Positions 1 to 6,732 of a stretch of 36,800 nucleotides of DNA are shown piece after piece; within the stretch, counting starts at the first letter, position 1; every line of letters begins with the position of its first letter. Location: positions 1-36,800 of the IMG/VR virus record IMGVR_UViG_3300045596_000160; one strand, written 5' to 3'. The notes below the pieces were generated by a model, which saw only the letters and a list, made by a program, of their open reading frames with translations, was not told where the DNA came from and did no database searches. Position numbers and translations under genes: made by a program. Source of the stretch: a virus.

Positions 1-127
1 TGTTCTCATCTCCTTTGATCCTGAGGTCATTGCCTTTGACCTCAACCGTCTCGCACATCCCGGCGATGCGGGAGGCAAGGCTTTCCGCCATCTCTATATC
101 TGTTTGTTCCTCGATACGTGCGGCAAG
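1..127. repeat. Left copy of the exact 127-bp terminal overlap (identical to 36674..36800); circular-assembly closure
   Basis: Base-by-base comparison of both window ends. The overlap lies inside an ORF that reads through the junction. Confidence 0.95.
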
Positions 128-625
128 GCCGGAGATGCTGTAGTTGCTCGTCACGACCGTGCGGCGCAAGGCGTTGTAGCGATCGTTTATTACCCTATAG
201 ATCGTGGAGGCCTCCCAGGCACTGAGTCTCTGGCGGCCCAGATCGTCGAGCACTAGAAGCTCCACTCCCGAAAGCTCCTCGTAAAGGTCGTCTTCTGTGA
301 GCCCACGCCTGCGGTAGGTGGAGCGTATCTGGTCTTCAAAATTGGCCATAACGATGAAGCGCACGCTGTGGAAGCGGTCGCAGACGTAGGTGCCCTCAGC
401 GTCGACCATACGGATGGGAGACGCCAGAACGTTATGCGCGATGGCGCAGGCCGCCGCAGTCTTTCCGCGCCCGGCCTTTCCCCAAAGATAAAGCCCCCGG
501 CCACGAGATGCCGGGAGCTCCAGAGAGCTGCGTATGCCCCAATAACGCTCAGGGATGCCTGCGCGGCGGAGCTTATCCGTAAGCTGCGTACTTAGCTGCT
601 CTTGCTGCTCGGTTGTCATTTGCAT
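1..625 (-). CDS. DnaC/IstB-like helicase-loader AAA+ ATPase. The gene crosses the circular junction: the last 2 codons and the stop are at 36669..36673 (about 209 aa in total).
   Basis: My own minus-strand translation (absent from the ORF track because it runs off the window edge): MQMTTEQQEQLSTQLTDKLRRAGIPERYWG...GLYLWGKAGRGKTAAACAIAH (Walker A)...VELLVLDDLGRQ (Walker B)...RRTVVTSNY. AGGAG lies 6 nt upstream of the ATG at 625..623. The gene overlaps the end of the replisome-organizer gene. Confidence 0.85.
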   Translation of the reverse strand, partial: MQMTTEQQEQLSTQLTDKLRRAGIPERYWGIRSSLELPASRGRGLYLWGKAGRGKTAAACAIAHNVLASPIRMVDAEGTYVCDRFHSVRFIVMANFEDQIRSTYRRRGLTEDDLYEELSGVELLVLDDLGRQRLSAWEASTIYRVINDRYNALRRTVVTSNYSISGLAARIEEQTDIEMAESLASRIAGMCETVEVKGNDLRIKGDEN

Positions 626-1319
626 GGTGTGCTCCTTTCTGCTCCCGCGCCGCCCAGTTTCTGACCGCCGCCTTCCAGTCCCTCATCGGGCTCCTTCCGA
701 CCTTCCAGCCTTTTGAGGTGTAGTAGTCGCAGAAGCGCTCTGAGTCGAGAAAGAGGTTCTTGGATCTTGCATAGTTGGTGACCTGTTGGGGTGTGGGCGG
801 CAAAAAGCGCAGATGCTGACTTTTCTCTGCTCTCTCGTTAGAGAGAGTCTCTTTTGTTGTACTAACCTTACCTAACCTAACCTCGGGTTGTTTTTGGTTG
901 CCAGAAGGTTGCGCAGCGGTTGCCCCGTTGGAATCCATAGGTTGCAGACAGGGCGCAGGCGCAGGTAGGGGCAGTTGTTGGGATAGGTGGTAGATGCCAT
1001 CTTCGAGCGTGAGAAGCGCGAGGTCCTCCTGGTGCTCGGTCGGGTGGTAGCGATCACGCCGTATGGTGTTATCCAGCCTCCAGCGGCTAAGGACGCAGAC
1101 CCCGTCTGCAAAGGTTATGAGGTAGCCTTTGGCGATGAGGACTTTGAGGTCGTCCTCGCTTGCCCCCATGGAGCGCTGTATGCGCCTTACCCCATCGACA
1201 AAGCCATCATCGTCGGCAGCTAAGCCCAAATAGAAATAAAGAAGCCGTGCGGTCGGCGCCATGTCCGAGAACCTGTCGCTTTCCACAAGCTGCCTGCTAA
1301 ACATCCTTCTTTGTGCCAT
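573..1319 (-). CDS. Phage replisome organizer / DnaD-like replication initiation protein
   Basis: 248-aa ORF. The N-terminus (MAQRRMFSRQLVESDRFSDM...LLYFYLGLAADDDGFV) resembles the replisome-organizer N domain. The C-terminus (FCDYYTSKGWKVGRSPMRDWKAAVRNW) resembles the DnaD-type C-terminal domain. It sits directly upstream of the DnaC-like loader. Confidence 0.75.
   Translation of the reverse strand: MAQRRMFSRQLVESDRFSDMAPTARLLYFYLGLAADDDGFVDGVRRIQRSMGASEDDLKVLIAKGYLITFADGVCVLSRWRLDNTIRRDRYHPTEHQEDLALLTLEDGIYHLSQQLPLPAPAPCLQPMDSNGATAAQPSGNQKQPEVRLGKVSTTKETLSNERAEKSQHLRFLPPTPQQVTNYARSKNLFLDSERFCDYYTSKGWKVGRSPMRDWKAAVRNWAAREQKGAHHANDNRAARAAKYAAYG
863..945. repeat. Phased short iterons inside the organizer gene; candidate origin of replication
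   Basis: GGTTG(C) starts at 886, 896, 907, 918 and 940 (10-, 11-, 11- and 22-bp spacing). It is preceded by a TAACC/TTACC pentamer run at 863..883. All copies lie in the low-complexity linker-coding part of the gene. Confidence 0.45.
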
Positions 1320-1749
1320 GGCCTTTTGCCTCCCATCCGATCTCTAGGTTCTTCTTTGTCCTGTCATGTCTGTGCAGCTCGGCAAAGGCGCGTGTGGCAG
1401 CAGAGCAGGGCCACGGCCTCTCGCAGGCCATAAGGCAGCCCGGGCACACCTGCTCAGGCCACGCATCTATATCGATGAAGCTCAAGGAGTGCCAGGGTCT
1501 TTTGGTGTTGATGTGGGATCTCAAGGTTAGCGGGCGTATGCCGTACTTGTCGCTTATCTCTGCAGGTCGCATCGTGCCGACCCACTGCCCGTTATGAAAG
1601 CAGGCGATCCGGTGGTCTTTCTTCTCATCGTGCATCTGGTCGCGTCTCTTCCTCTTGTGGCATCCGATGTTATTTCTTCTAGGACTGTGTATCACTTTGA
1701 GGGGTGAGTGCTGATTAAGGGCTCGGTGGCTGTCGGTGTTTTCTCTCAT
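1297..1749 (-). CDS. Hypothetical protein with a Cys-rich C-terminal half
   Basis: 150-aa ORF. Its ATG overlaps the stop of the upstream gene (ATGA at 1746..1749). Contains CPGCLMACERPWPC. No family recognised. Confidence 0.5.
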   Translation of the reverse strand: MRENTDSHRALNQHSPLKVIHSPRRNNIGCHKRKRRDQMHDEKKDHRIACFHNGQWVGTMRPAEISDKYGIRPLTLRSHINTKRPWHSLSFIDIDAWPEQVCPGCLMACERPWPCSAATRAFAELHRHDRTKKNLEIGWEAKGHGTKKDV

Positions 1750-2165
1750 GAGCGGCCTTCTTTCTCGCCTGCGTCCTGGAGCAGGAAGAGGAAGCCTGTG
1801 AGGCTAAACACCGGGATGCCGCAGGCAAGGGCCACCTCAAGCTCGGTTCGCGCGCCCTCGCTCTCTTGCCAGCCTGAGAGCTGTATGAGGGCGTTGTAGT
1901 AGGCCTCAGCCCCGGCGAGGTGCGCCGTGAGCTCTGAGATACAAAGGCGCATGGCTGCGGCGTGGTCCCAGTTTGAAGGGACGTGGCGCAGCGGGTTAAA
2001 GACCCAGCAGCTCATCTCGCTGAGCTCCTCTATCTTTTTCTGGGCTCCTTCGAAGGCCTCCCGTGCGCTCTCATGGGAAACCCCTGTCACGGGGCCTGAC
2101 AAAAAGACGGCAGGGCGCATGGTCGATGCGGCCTCAGAAGAAAGGTCTGTGCGTAGCACTATCAT
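1746..2165 (-). CDS. DUF4406 / nucleoside 2-deoxyribosyltransferase-like protein
   Basis: 139 aa. VFLSGPVTG...VFNP...W..AMRLCISEL....IQLSGWQESEGARTELEVALACGIPV matches the DUF4406 pattern as I remember it (ISGPMTG, NP, L.GW..S.GA..E...A...G.PV). AGAGAGGA SD lies upstream of the ATG at 2165. Confidence 0.65.
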   Translation of the reverse strand: MIVLRTDLSSEAASTMRPAVFLSGPVTGVSHESAREAFEGAQKKIEELSEMSCWVFNPLRHVPSNWDHAAAMRLCISELTAHLAGAEAYYNALIQLSGWQESEGARTELEVALACGIPVFSLTGFLFLLQDAGEKEGRS

Positions 2166-2214
2166 GGTCGTCCTCTCTTTTGCGTGGAGAATTACTTATT
2201 GAACACCGCAAGCC

Positions 2215-3381
2215 TCACATCTGCGGGTTTGCCCGTTGCGGTGACATGGTGGGAAGGGCGGAAAAGGAGCGCCCCAGCCTCTCGAGGGCCTGCCTGTCAC
2301 CGGAGAGCAAGGCATGCGAGTAGACGTCTGCCGTCGTTGACTCCCGGGCATGGCCCAGGTGGCGGGAGACCACCGCCAAGGGAGTTCCTGCCGCGAGCAT
2401 GAGTGAGGCATTGGTATGCCTGAGGTCGTGGAACTTAGAGACGTTTAGCCCGAGCTCGCCGGAAAGCTGACGGAAGTTCAACTGGAGCCAGTTGGTGGTT
2501 GTCAGAGAGCCGTCCAGGGAAAGGAGTGGGCTCTCAGATGAAAGCGTCCCGAGGCGGGACTGCTGCCAAAGAATATGCGCAGCCACAACCTGCTGCCAGG
2601 AGGCGGGAAGGTCTATGCTGCGCCTGCTTGAGGTCGTCTTGGGCCGATCCTGCCTCACAACCCCGCGCTTCGTGCGGATGGCCGTTCCCGCGACGTGTAT
2701 GGTGCCGGCTATGGCTGAGTAGTCGCGCACGCGCAACGCGCAGACCTCGCCGTTTCTGAGCCCAAGGTAAAGACCTGCCCAGCAGCCGAAGGCCAGGCTT
2801 CTCGACCTCACGTCCTCGTCTTGGCCAAGCTGGGCCCTCATCCAGCCTATGAGGCGGGCTATGCTCATCTCGTCTAGAGGCGTCACCTCGCTTTTCTCGT
2901 AGCGTGGACGCGAGACGCCCCGCACGGGGTTGTCCTCGCGTATCCCATGCTCGTCGATCATCCAGTCAAAGGCGGCACCTAGGATGGAGATGATCCCGTT
3001 TACGTAGTTGCCGGACAGAGGCCTGTCGAGGAGGTCCCGGACAAGCCTCGCTACGTCCTGGCGCGTCACGTCTGTGGCCACGGGCTGTCTGATGCTTGCT
3101 CCCACGAGCCGAAACATCGAGCGGTACTTCTTGAGGCTTTGGGCGGCCAGGCCTTCCACCTTCCTTGCAGCGAGGTATTGTGCGAGCTGGTCTTGTAGCA
3201 GATAGGGTGTCTTTTGGCCTTTGGCCCAAAGCAGTGCCTGGGCCATCGCCTCGTCGCGCGTGAGCTCTTTCGGCAGCCTATGTGTCCTGCGCAGGCGCCT
3301 CCTGCTTTGTAGGTCACGTCCCCAGTCGGCAAACACCTTCCACGCGTCGCTGTCCTTTGAGACCGTGATCTTTGGCTCCAT
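2215..3381 (-). CDS. int: Tyrosine recombinase / phage integrase (Int1)
   Basis: Catalytic signature present: GLRNGEVCAL (Arg I), HDLRHTNAS (H-x-x-R), LGHARE (His), DVYSH (Tyr). Start moved to the MEPKITV ATG at 3381, which has GGGAGGA 8 nt upstream. The longer track ORF (to 3420) would run into the terminator hairpin. Confidence 0.9.
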   Translation of the reverse strand: MEPKITVSKDSDAWKVFADWGRDLQSRRRLRRTHRLPKELTRDEAMAQALLWAKGQKTPYLLQDQLAQYLAARKVEGLAAQSLKKYRSMFRLVGASIRQPVATDVTRQDVARLVRDLLDRPLSGNYVNGIISILGAAFDWMIDEHGIREDNPVRGVSRPRYEKSEVTPLDEMSIARLIGWMRAQLGQDEDVRSRSLAFGCWAGLYLGLRNGEVCALRVRDYSAIAGTIHVAGTAIRTKRGVVRQDRPKTTSSRRSIDLPASWQQVVAAHILWQQSRLGTLSSESPLLSLDGSLTTTNWLQLNFRQLSGELGLNVSKFHDLRHTNASLMLAAGTPLAVVSRHLGHARESTTADVYSHALLSGDRQALERLGRSFSALPTMSPQRANPQM

Positions 3382-3403
3382 ATCCTGTCTTCCTCCCTTC
3401 TGA

Positions 3404-3437
3404 GGAAAAGAAGAAGACACCTGGGACAGGTGTCTTC
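3404..3437 (-). terminator. Rho-independent terminator immediately upstream of the int1 SD
   Basis: Perfect 11-bp stem GAAGACACCTG / CAGGTGTCTTC (3413..3437) with a 3-nt loop. It is followed on the minus strand by TTCTTTTCC. Confidence 0.6.
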
Positions 3438-3476
3438 CTACGTATCTCGTGTCTTGTCTCTAGGCGGCCCTCTTAT

Positions 3477-3764
3477 CTAGGGACAGCCCCACATCTGCTT
3501 GAGGTAGTGCTTCCAGCGCTCAACGTCACGACCGCCTGCGGGTCCGATGTAGCGCACGTCGTAGGCACCGTTTTCTGTGCGGTCCGACTCGTCGAAGAGT
3601 CCTCCGAGCGATACGACGCAGCGGTGCTTTGTGCCTCTCACGCAGGCTGTGGCGAGTATGGTTCTCGGCTTGCCCAGATCATCGGGCGCTGTCGGGTCTG
3701 GCGCAGCCTCACGTATCTTGATCTCAGAGGGGCTACCTACCGCACTGTTGTAGTCGCTGGTCAT
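3477..3764 (-). CDS. Hypothetical early protein (GC-rich)
   Basis: 95-aa ORF. Its ATG overlaps the stop of the upstream gene (ATGA at 3761..3764). Followed by the terminator. Confidence 0.55.
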   Translation of the reverse strand: MTSDYNSAVGSPSEIKIREAAPDPTAPDDLGKPRTILATACVRGTKHRCVVSLGGLFDESDRTENGAYDVRYIGPAGGRDVERWKHYLKQMWGCP

Positions 3765-4138
3765 GAGGCATCACCGGCACACATATCCACCCACGTACAA
3801 AATGCCTCAAGGATAGGCTTGGTGTTTCCGGGTGCCGCCCATCCACAAAAACCGATGTAGCCGTCTTTGTTAAACGAAATGCACTCTCGACGAGTGAAAT
3901 ACGACCCGTTCACAAAAAGGTAGGCTTCAATAATCGAGCCGTTAGACTTTCTCTTAAATTTCATTTTGGAGCTTAAACTCATTGGGAAATCAGGGGCTGC
4001 TTTTCTCCATTCTTTTAATCTTTTATTGAGTGTCATAGTAAGAGTGAGCAGCTCACCTGTGGTTATGTCTTCATAGGAGAGATGCTTTGAAAAATAGGCG
4101 CGTGCGGCATCTCTTGGATCTAAATAGTTATCGCTCAT
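3761..4138 (-). CDS. Hypothetical early protein (AT-richer)
   Basis: 125-aa ORF, co-directional and tightly packed with its neighbours. No family recognised. Confidence 0.55.
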   Translation of the reverse strand: MSDNYLDPRDAARAYFSKHLSYEDITTGELLTLTMTLNKRLKEWRKAAPDFPMSLSSKMKFKRKSNGSIIEAYLFVNGSYFTRRECISFNKDGYIGFCGWAAPGNTKPILEAFCTWVDMCAGDAS

Positions 4139-4319
4139 GAGGCATCACCTGCCGAGGAGTCTTTACGACCTTGCCATCTGGCCTGATTTCGATATGGTCA
4201 GCAGGAGAATCAAACGAGATAGATACGTCTCCACATTCTTCTGATAATTTTTTAGTTAGCGCAGCCATCTTCTCGACCGCCTTTGGGCTGGTGAGAATGG
4301 TGTCTATATCCTTGCTCAT
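4128..4319 (-). CDS. Hypothetical small early protein
   Basis: 63-aa ORF that overlaps the downstream gene by 11 nt. Confidence 0.45.
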   Translation of the reverse strand: MSKDIDTILTSPKAVEKMAALTKKLSEECGDVSISFDSPADHIEIRPDGKVVKTPRQVMPHER

Positions 4320-4322
4320 CCC

Positions 4323-4418
4323 CTACACCCCCATCCATGTCCACACACCGAGGGCCAGGAGCCAAAAAGCGAGCAGGAGCAGCCCGGGGGCGTCCTCCTC
4401 TAATTTATTTTTTATCAT
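4323..4418 (-). CDS. Possible 31-aa single-pass membrane peptide
   Basis: Internal ATG of track ORF 4323..4520 gives MIKNKLEEDAPGLLLLAFWLLALGVWTWMGV, with a hydrophobic C-terminal helix. Confidence 0.35.
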   Translation of the reverse strand: MIKNKLEEDAPGLLLLAFWLLALGVWTWMGV

Positions 4419-4527
4419 GGTTGATCCTTTGAGTGTCTTCCCAAGCGAGGTAGATGATCGTAATAGGTACCGCCACGGCAATACATGCGGCCACGACGAT
4501 AACGGCACCCCAGAACGCATTGCTCAT
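4405..4527 (-). CDS. Possible 40-aa single-pass membrane peptide
   Basis: My own codon-by-codon translation: MSNAFWGAVIVVAACIAVAVPITIIYLAWEDTQRINHDKK. Its ATG overlaps the stop of the upstream gene (ATGA at 4524..4527). Too short for the ORF track. Confidence 0.35.
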   Translation of the reverse strand: MSNAFWGAVIVVAACIAVAVPITIIYLAWEDTQRINHDKK

Positions 4528-4775
4528 GAGACATCATCTTCAGGTGTGGGATCTATAAGTCTGTACTGCCACTCGTCGGCTCCAACCTGACGTCTTTCGA
4601 TGGTGAGATCTTGGGTATGGCGCATCTCGAAGAGTCGAGCGCCATAGCGCATGCCTCCTGCAGACACCATCTCTGCCTGTGTGTGCCAGTTGCCATCAGA
4701 GAGGAGACCAAGGAGCTTTTCGCAGTGTGATCTGCGACGTCTTGCCTCTTCACGGGGTATACTGATATCAGCCAT
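4524..4775 (-). CDS. Small winged-helix (HTH_11/BirA-like) DNA-binding protein
   Basis: LLGLLSDGNWHTQAEMVSAGGMRYGARLFEMRHTQDLTIERRQVGADEWQYRL fits a wHTH pattern. Start set to the MADISIP ATG at 4775, which has GGAGG 7 nt upstream. Confidence 0.55.
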   Translation of the reverse strand: MADISIPREEARRRRSHCEKLLGLLSDGNWHTQAEMVSAGGMRYGARLFEMRHTQDLTIERRQVGADEWQYRLIDPTPEDDVS

Positions 4776-4892
4776 ATTCATACCTCCTCTAAGGTTGTTT
4801 TTGGCTACGGCCTCTAACAGCTGCAACTGTTAAGGGGCCAACTATTTAGTTATGGGTGATTGATCTTGCTTTAGTGAACTGTGAGGAAACAA

Positions 4893-5555
4893 ATGCCCTC
4901 AATAGATCCAGTCGTCTTTGCCGCTCTGACAAGTGGATTGCCAGTTATTATTTCATCAGTCATAACAAAGGTTTTGCCGTCTCCTGCGCCTGTGAACAAG
5001 TGGCTAAAAAAGGCGAGAGAACTCTCTGAACTTTATGCCTCACTTCCCAATACTACCAATGAAGGTGTAGAAGCAAAAAAAGCAACAGAGCTTTTATCCA
5101 ACGAAATATCGAAAAATGTTCTTCGCGGTCTCAATTATCAATACATTGATGGTGATTTTAGGTATGATCCACCAATGATTGAGTCTCTTAGCCCAAGCGT
5201 TGTAATTTCTATTGTATTGATATCACTTTGGGCTCTTATTGCTATATCCACAGGATATTGGGGATTTTTAATCATATCGATAATTGCGGTGTCTGTTGGA
5301 CTGTTAATTGGGCGTTTTATACCCCATATGATAAAATTTTTAATTCTTAAAGTGCGTGTGTCATGGTACCAAAAAAAGATAAGTAAACTTAAGTTAGAGC
5401 TTACATCCGAAGAAGAGATACTTTCTAAAGCAGACGAAAAGATTTTTAGTTTTAATAAACGACTTAATGAATTAGAGAGTAGGTTAGATACAATCGATAA
5501 ACCAGAGTCTCTAGCTCATGATAAAGTTGTAAGGGAAAATCTGAATCCCAGTTAG
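4893..5555 (+). CDS. Membrane protein (about 3 TM helices) with a C-terminal coiled coil; moron-like
   Basis: Hydrophobic segments: VVFAALTSGLPVIISSVITKVL, VVISIVLISLWALIAIS, GFLIISIIAVSVGLLIGRF. Heptad-like tail: KISKLKLELTSEEEILSKADEKIFSFNKRLNELESRLD. GAGGAAA SD lies before the ATG at 4893. It is the only plus-strand gene among minus-strand genes and is very AT-rich. Confidence 0.65.
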   Translation: MPSIDPVVFAALTSGLPVIISSVITKVLPSPAPVNKWLKKARELSELYASLPNTTNEGVEAKKATELLSNEISKNVLRGLNYQYIDGDFRYDPPMIESLSPSVVISIVLISLWALIAISTGYWGFLIISIIAVSVGLLIGRFIPHMIKFLILKVRVSWYQKKISKLKLELTSEEEILSKADEKIFSFNKRLNELESRLDTIDKPESLAHDKVVRENLNPS

Positions 5556-5635
5556 CATGACTTCAATAAATGCAATGATCATATAACACCCCACAAATAT
5601 AAGCACTTTTGTAAGAATCCACCCACCATCCATAC

Positions 5636-5755
5636 CTACTCCACCTCAACCGTTAACACCGAAAAGCACTCCTCTCCGGCTTGTAGCCAGGACGTGACAT
5701 AGTGTTTGCCGTCGGCGCTATAACGGGTGATGTAGTGCTTGATCTCTTCTGACAT
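5636..5755 (-). CDS. Small 39-aa protein downstream of the leftward XRE regulator
   Basis: MSEEIKHYITRYSADGKHYVTSWLQAGEECFSVLTVEVE. AAGGAGAA SD lies 5 nt upstream of the ATG at 5755. The longer track ORF (to 5893) is probably an artefact. Confidence 0.5.
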   Translation of the reverse strand: MSEEIKHYITRYSADGKHYVTSWLQAGEECFSVLTVEVE

Positions 5756-5925
5756 GATGTTTCTCCTTAAATTGATTTTTACTTGTACGTGCTTAATCCC
5801 ACGACGGTTCTTTCGCATGAGAGCCGACAACTCGACGCCGATTACCCGCCACAGGCTCCCCCTGCTCGCGGTTCGACGGTATACGGTTGTCAAGGTAAGA
5901 GTTAGGGAGTGATTCCATGCCTGCG

Positions 5926-6138
5926 TTAGGCGGTGAGCTTCGGCTTTGTATGGATGCCCATAAGCTCATCAAATGAGCATCCATATAGATGGAGCATCAT
6001 CACTATTGCTCCTGCGCGAGGTTCACGGCTCCCGTCTTCAAATCCACTTAATGTCGATTGAGAAACTCCAAGCTCTTTCGCTACTTCAACCTGTGTGAGC
6101 CCCGCATTTTTACGAAAGACAGCAAAGTTTTGTTTCAT
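5926..6138 (-). CDS. XRE-family HTH regulator (leftward arm of the switch)
   Basis: FRKNAGLTQVEVAKELGVSQSTLSGFEDGSREP is a canonical HTH_3 motif. Start set to the MKQNFAV ATG at 6138, which has a GGGGAGG SD. Confidence 0.85.
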   Translation of the reverse strand: MKQNFAVFRKNAGLTQVEVAKELGVSQSTLSGFEDGSREPRAGAIVMMLHLYGCSFDELMGIHTKPKLTA

Positions 6139-6170
6139 CCGACCCAACACCTCCCCTCTTAATTTCGATA

Positions 6171-6245
6171 ACAAAAATATCCCTCTAATAGATATCTGTC
6201 AAGGGGATATCTGTTAAAAAGATATTTTTGTTGACAAATATCTGT
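6171..6245. promoter_or_regulatory. Operator cluster of the genetic switch
   Basis: ATATCTGT occurs at 6192..6199, 6207..6214 and 6238..6245. A perfect 11-bp inverted repeat, ACAAAAATATC (6171..6181) / GATATTTTTGT (6221..6231), overlaps the leftward -10 and abuts/overlaps the first base of the rightward -35 (6231). Confidence 0.5.
6174..6202 (-). promoter_or_regulatory. Leftward sigma-70-like promoter
   Basis: On the minus strand: TTGACA (6202..6197), 17 nt, TATTTT (6179..6174). About 35 nt upstream of the XRE(-) start. Confidence 0.5.
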
Positions 6246-6258
6246 ACGGGGATATATT
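6231..6258 (+). promoter_or_regulatory. Rightward sigma-70-like promoter
   Basis: TTGACA (6231..6236), 16 nt, TATATT (6253..6258). About 45 nt upstream of the XRE(+) ATG. Confidence 0.5.
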
Positions 6259-6302
6259 CGATTAGAGAAGAGTACACAACGCTCACGAAGGGGTGAACGA
6301 CC

Positions 6303-6530
6303 ATGAAAGAGAAATTCAATTGCAAACAGTTTGGCGCTCGCCTTAAACAGGCAAGAAAAGACCTTGGTTTGACACAAACACAAGCTGCTGCGTTAACTGG
6401 TGTCAGTCAGGGGAATATCAGCGACTTTGAGTCTGGGAATTCTGAACCTATGGCATCTACTATTGTCAGCTTTTCGAAAACTTATGGCGTCAGCGGTGAA
6501 TGGCTTCTTGGGGTTAGCGACAAGAAATAA
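6303..6530 (+). CDS. XRE-family HTH regulator (rightward arm of the switch)
   Basis: LKQARKDLGLTQTQAAALTGVSQGNISDFESGNSEP is a canonical HTH_3 motif. 75 aa. Confidence 0.85.
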   Translation: MKEKFNCKQFGARLKQARKDLGLTQTQAAALTGVSQGNISDFESGNSEPMASTIVSFSKTYGVSGEWLLGVSDKK

Positions 6531-6658
6531 TGAGAGCCCATTCGAATATGTTGGCGAAGTCTTCATGTATCGAACATTAGTTCTTATTTGTAGTAAAAAT
6601 ATCCTCATTAACGAAATTTTTACGAGCTGCTCAAAAATAACGGTAAGCGGATAAAATG

Positions 6659-6688
6659 GTGTCAAATTTAGTGTCAATATGGTGTCAA
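6659..6688 (+). repeat. attP left arm: three direct GTGTCAA repeats (putative Int2 arm-type sites)
   Basis: GTGTCAA at 6659, 6671 and 6682 (12- and 11-bp spacing). The same heptamer and orientation recur in the right arm. Confidence 0.6.
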
Positions 6689-6724
6689 ATAAAAAAGGTC
6701 ACGAGAAACATAGCCCGTGACCTT
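6687..6724 (-). terminator. Rho-independent terminator just downstream of the tRNA 3' fragment (also a weaker plus-strand terminator after the XRE(+) gene)
   Basis: 9-bp stem AAGGTCACG (6695..6703) / CGTGACCTT (6716..6724). On the minus strand it is followed by TTTTATTT; on the plus strand by GTCTTTTA. Confidence 0.55.
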
Positions 6725-6732
6725 GTCTTTTA

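Noticed and set aside
1-127. The terminal 127-bp direct repeat as a biological feature (LTR, DTR or insertion-element end)
   Set aside because: The repeat is exact, sits in the middle of a DnaC-like ORF that reads through the junction, and has no associated terminase-recognition features. A circular-assembly overlap explains it most simply. A true DTR cannot be fully excluded without reads.
253-595. Track ORFs 253..504 (-) and 368..595 (+)
   Set aside because: Both lie inside the DnaC-like gene but in other frames or on the other strand. Their translations are Arg/Pro/Ala-rich with no motifs, whereas the third frame gives clean Walker A/B motifs.
872-1223. Track ORFs 872..1111 (-) and 987..1223 (+) inside the replisome-organizer gene
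   Set aside because: These are alternative-frame or antisense ORFs of a GC-rich gene. There are no SD sequences or motifs, and the organizer frame is the convincing one.
2184-2411. ORFs 2184..2402 (+) and 2196..2411 (-) at the int1 3' end
   Set aside because: They overlap the integrase catalytic-Tyr region in other frames, and their composition (Arg/Pro-rich) is typical of spurious high-GC ORFs.
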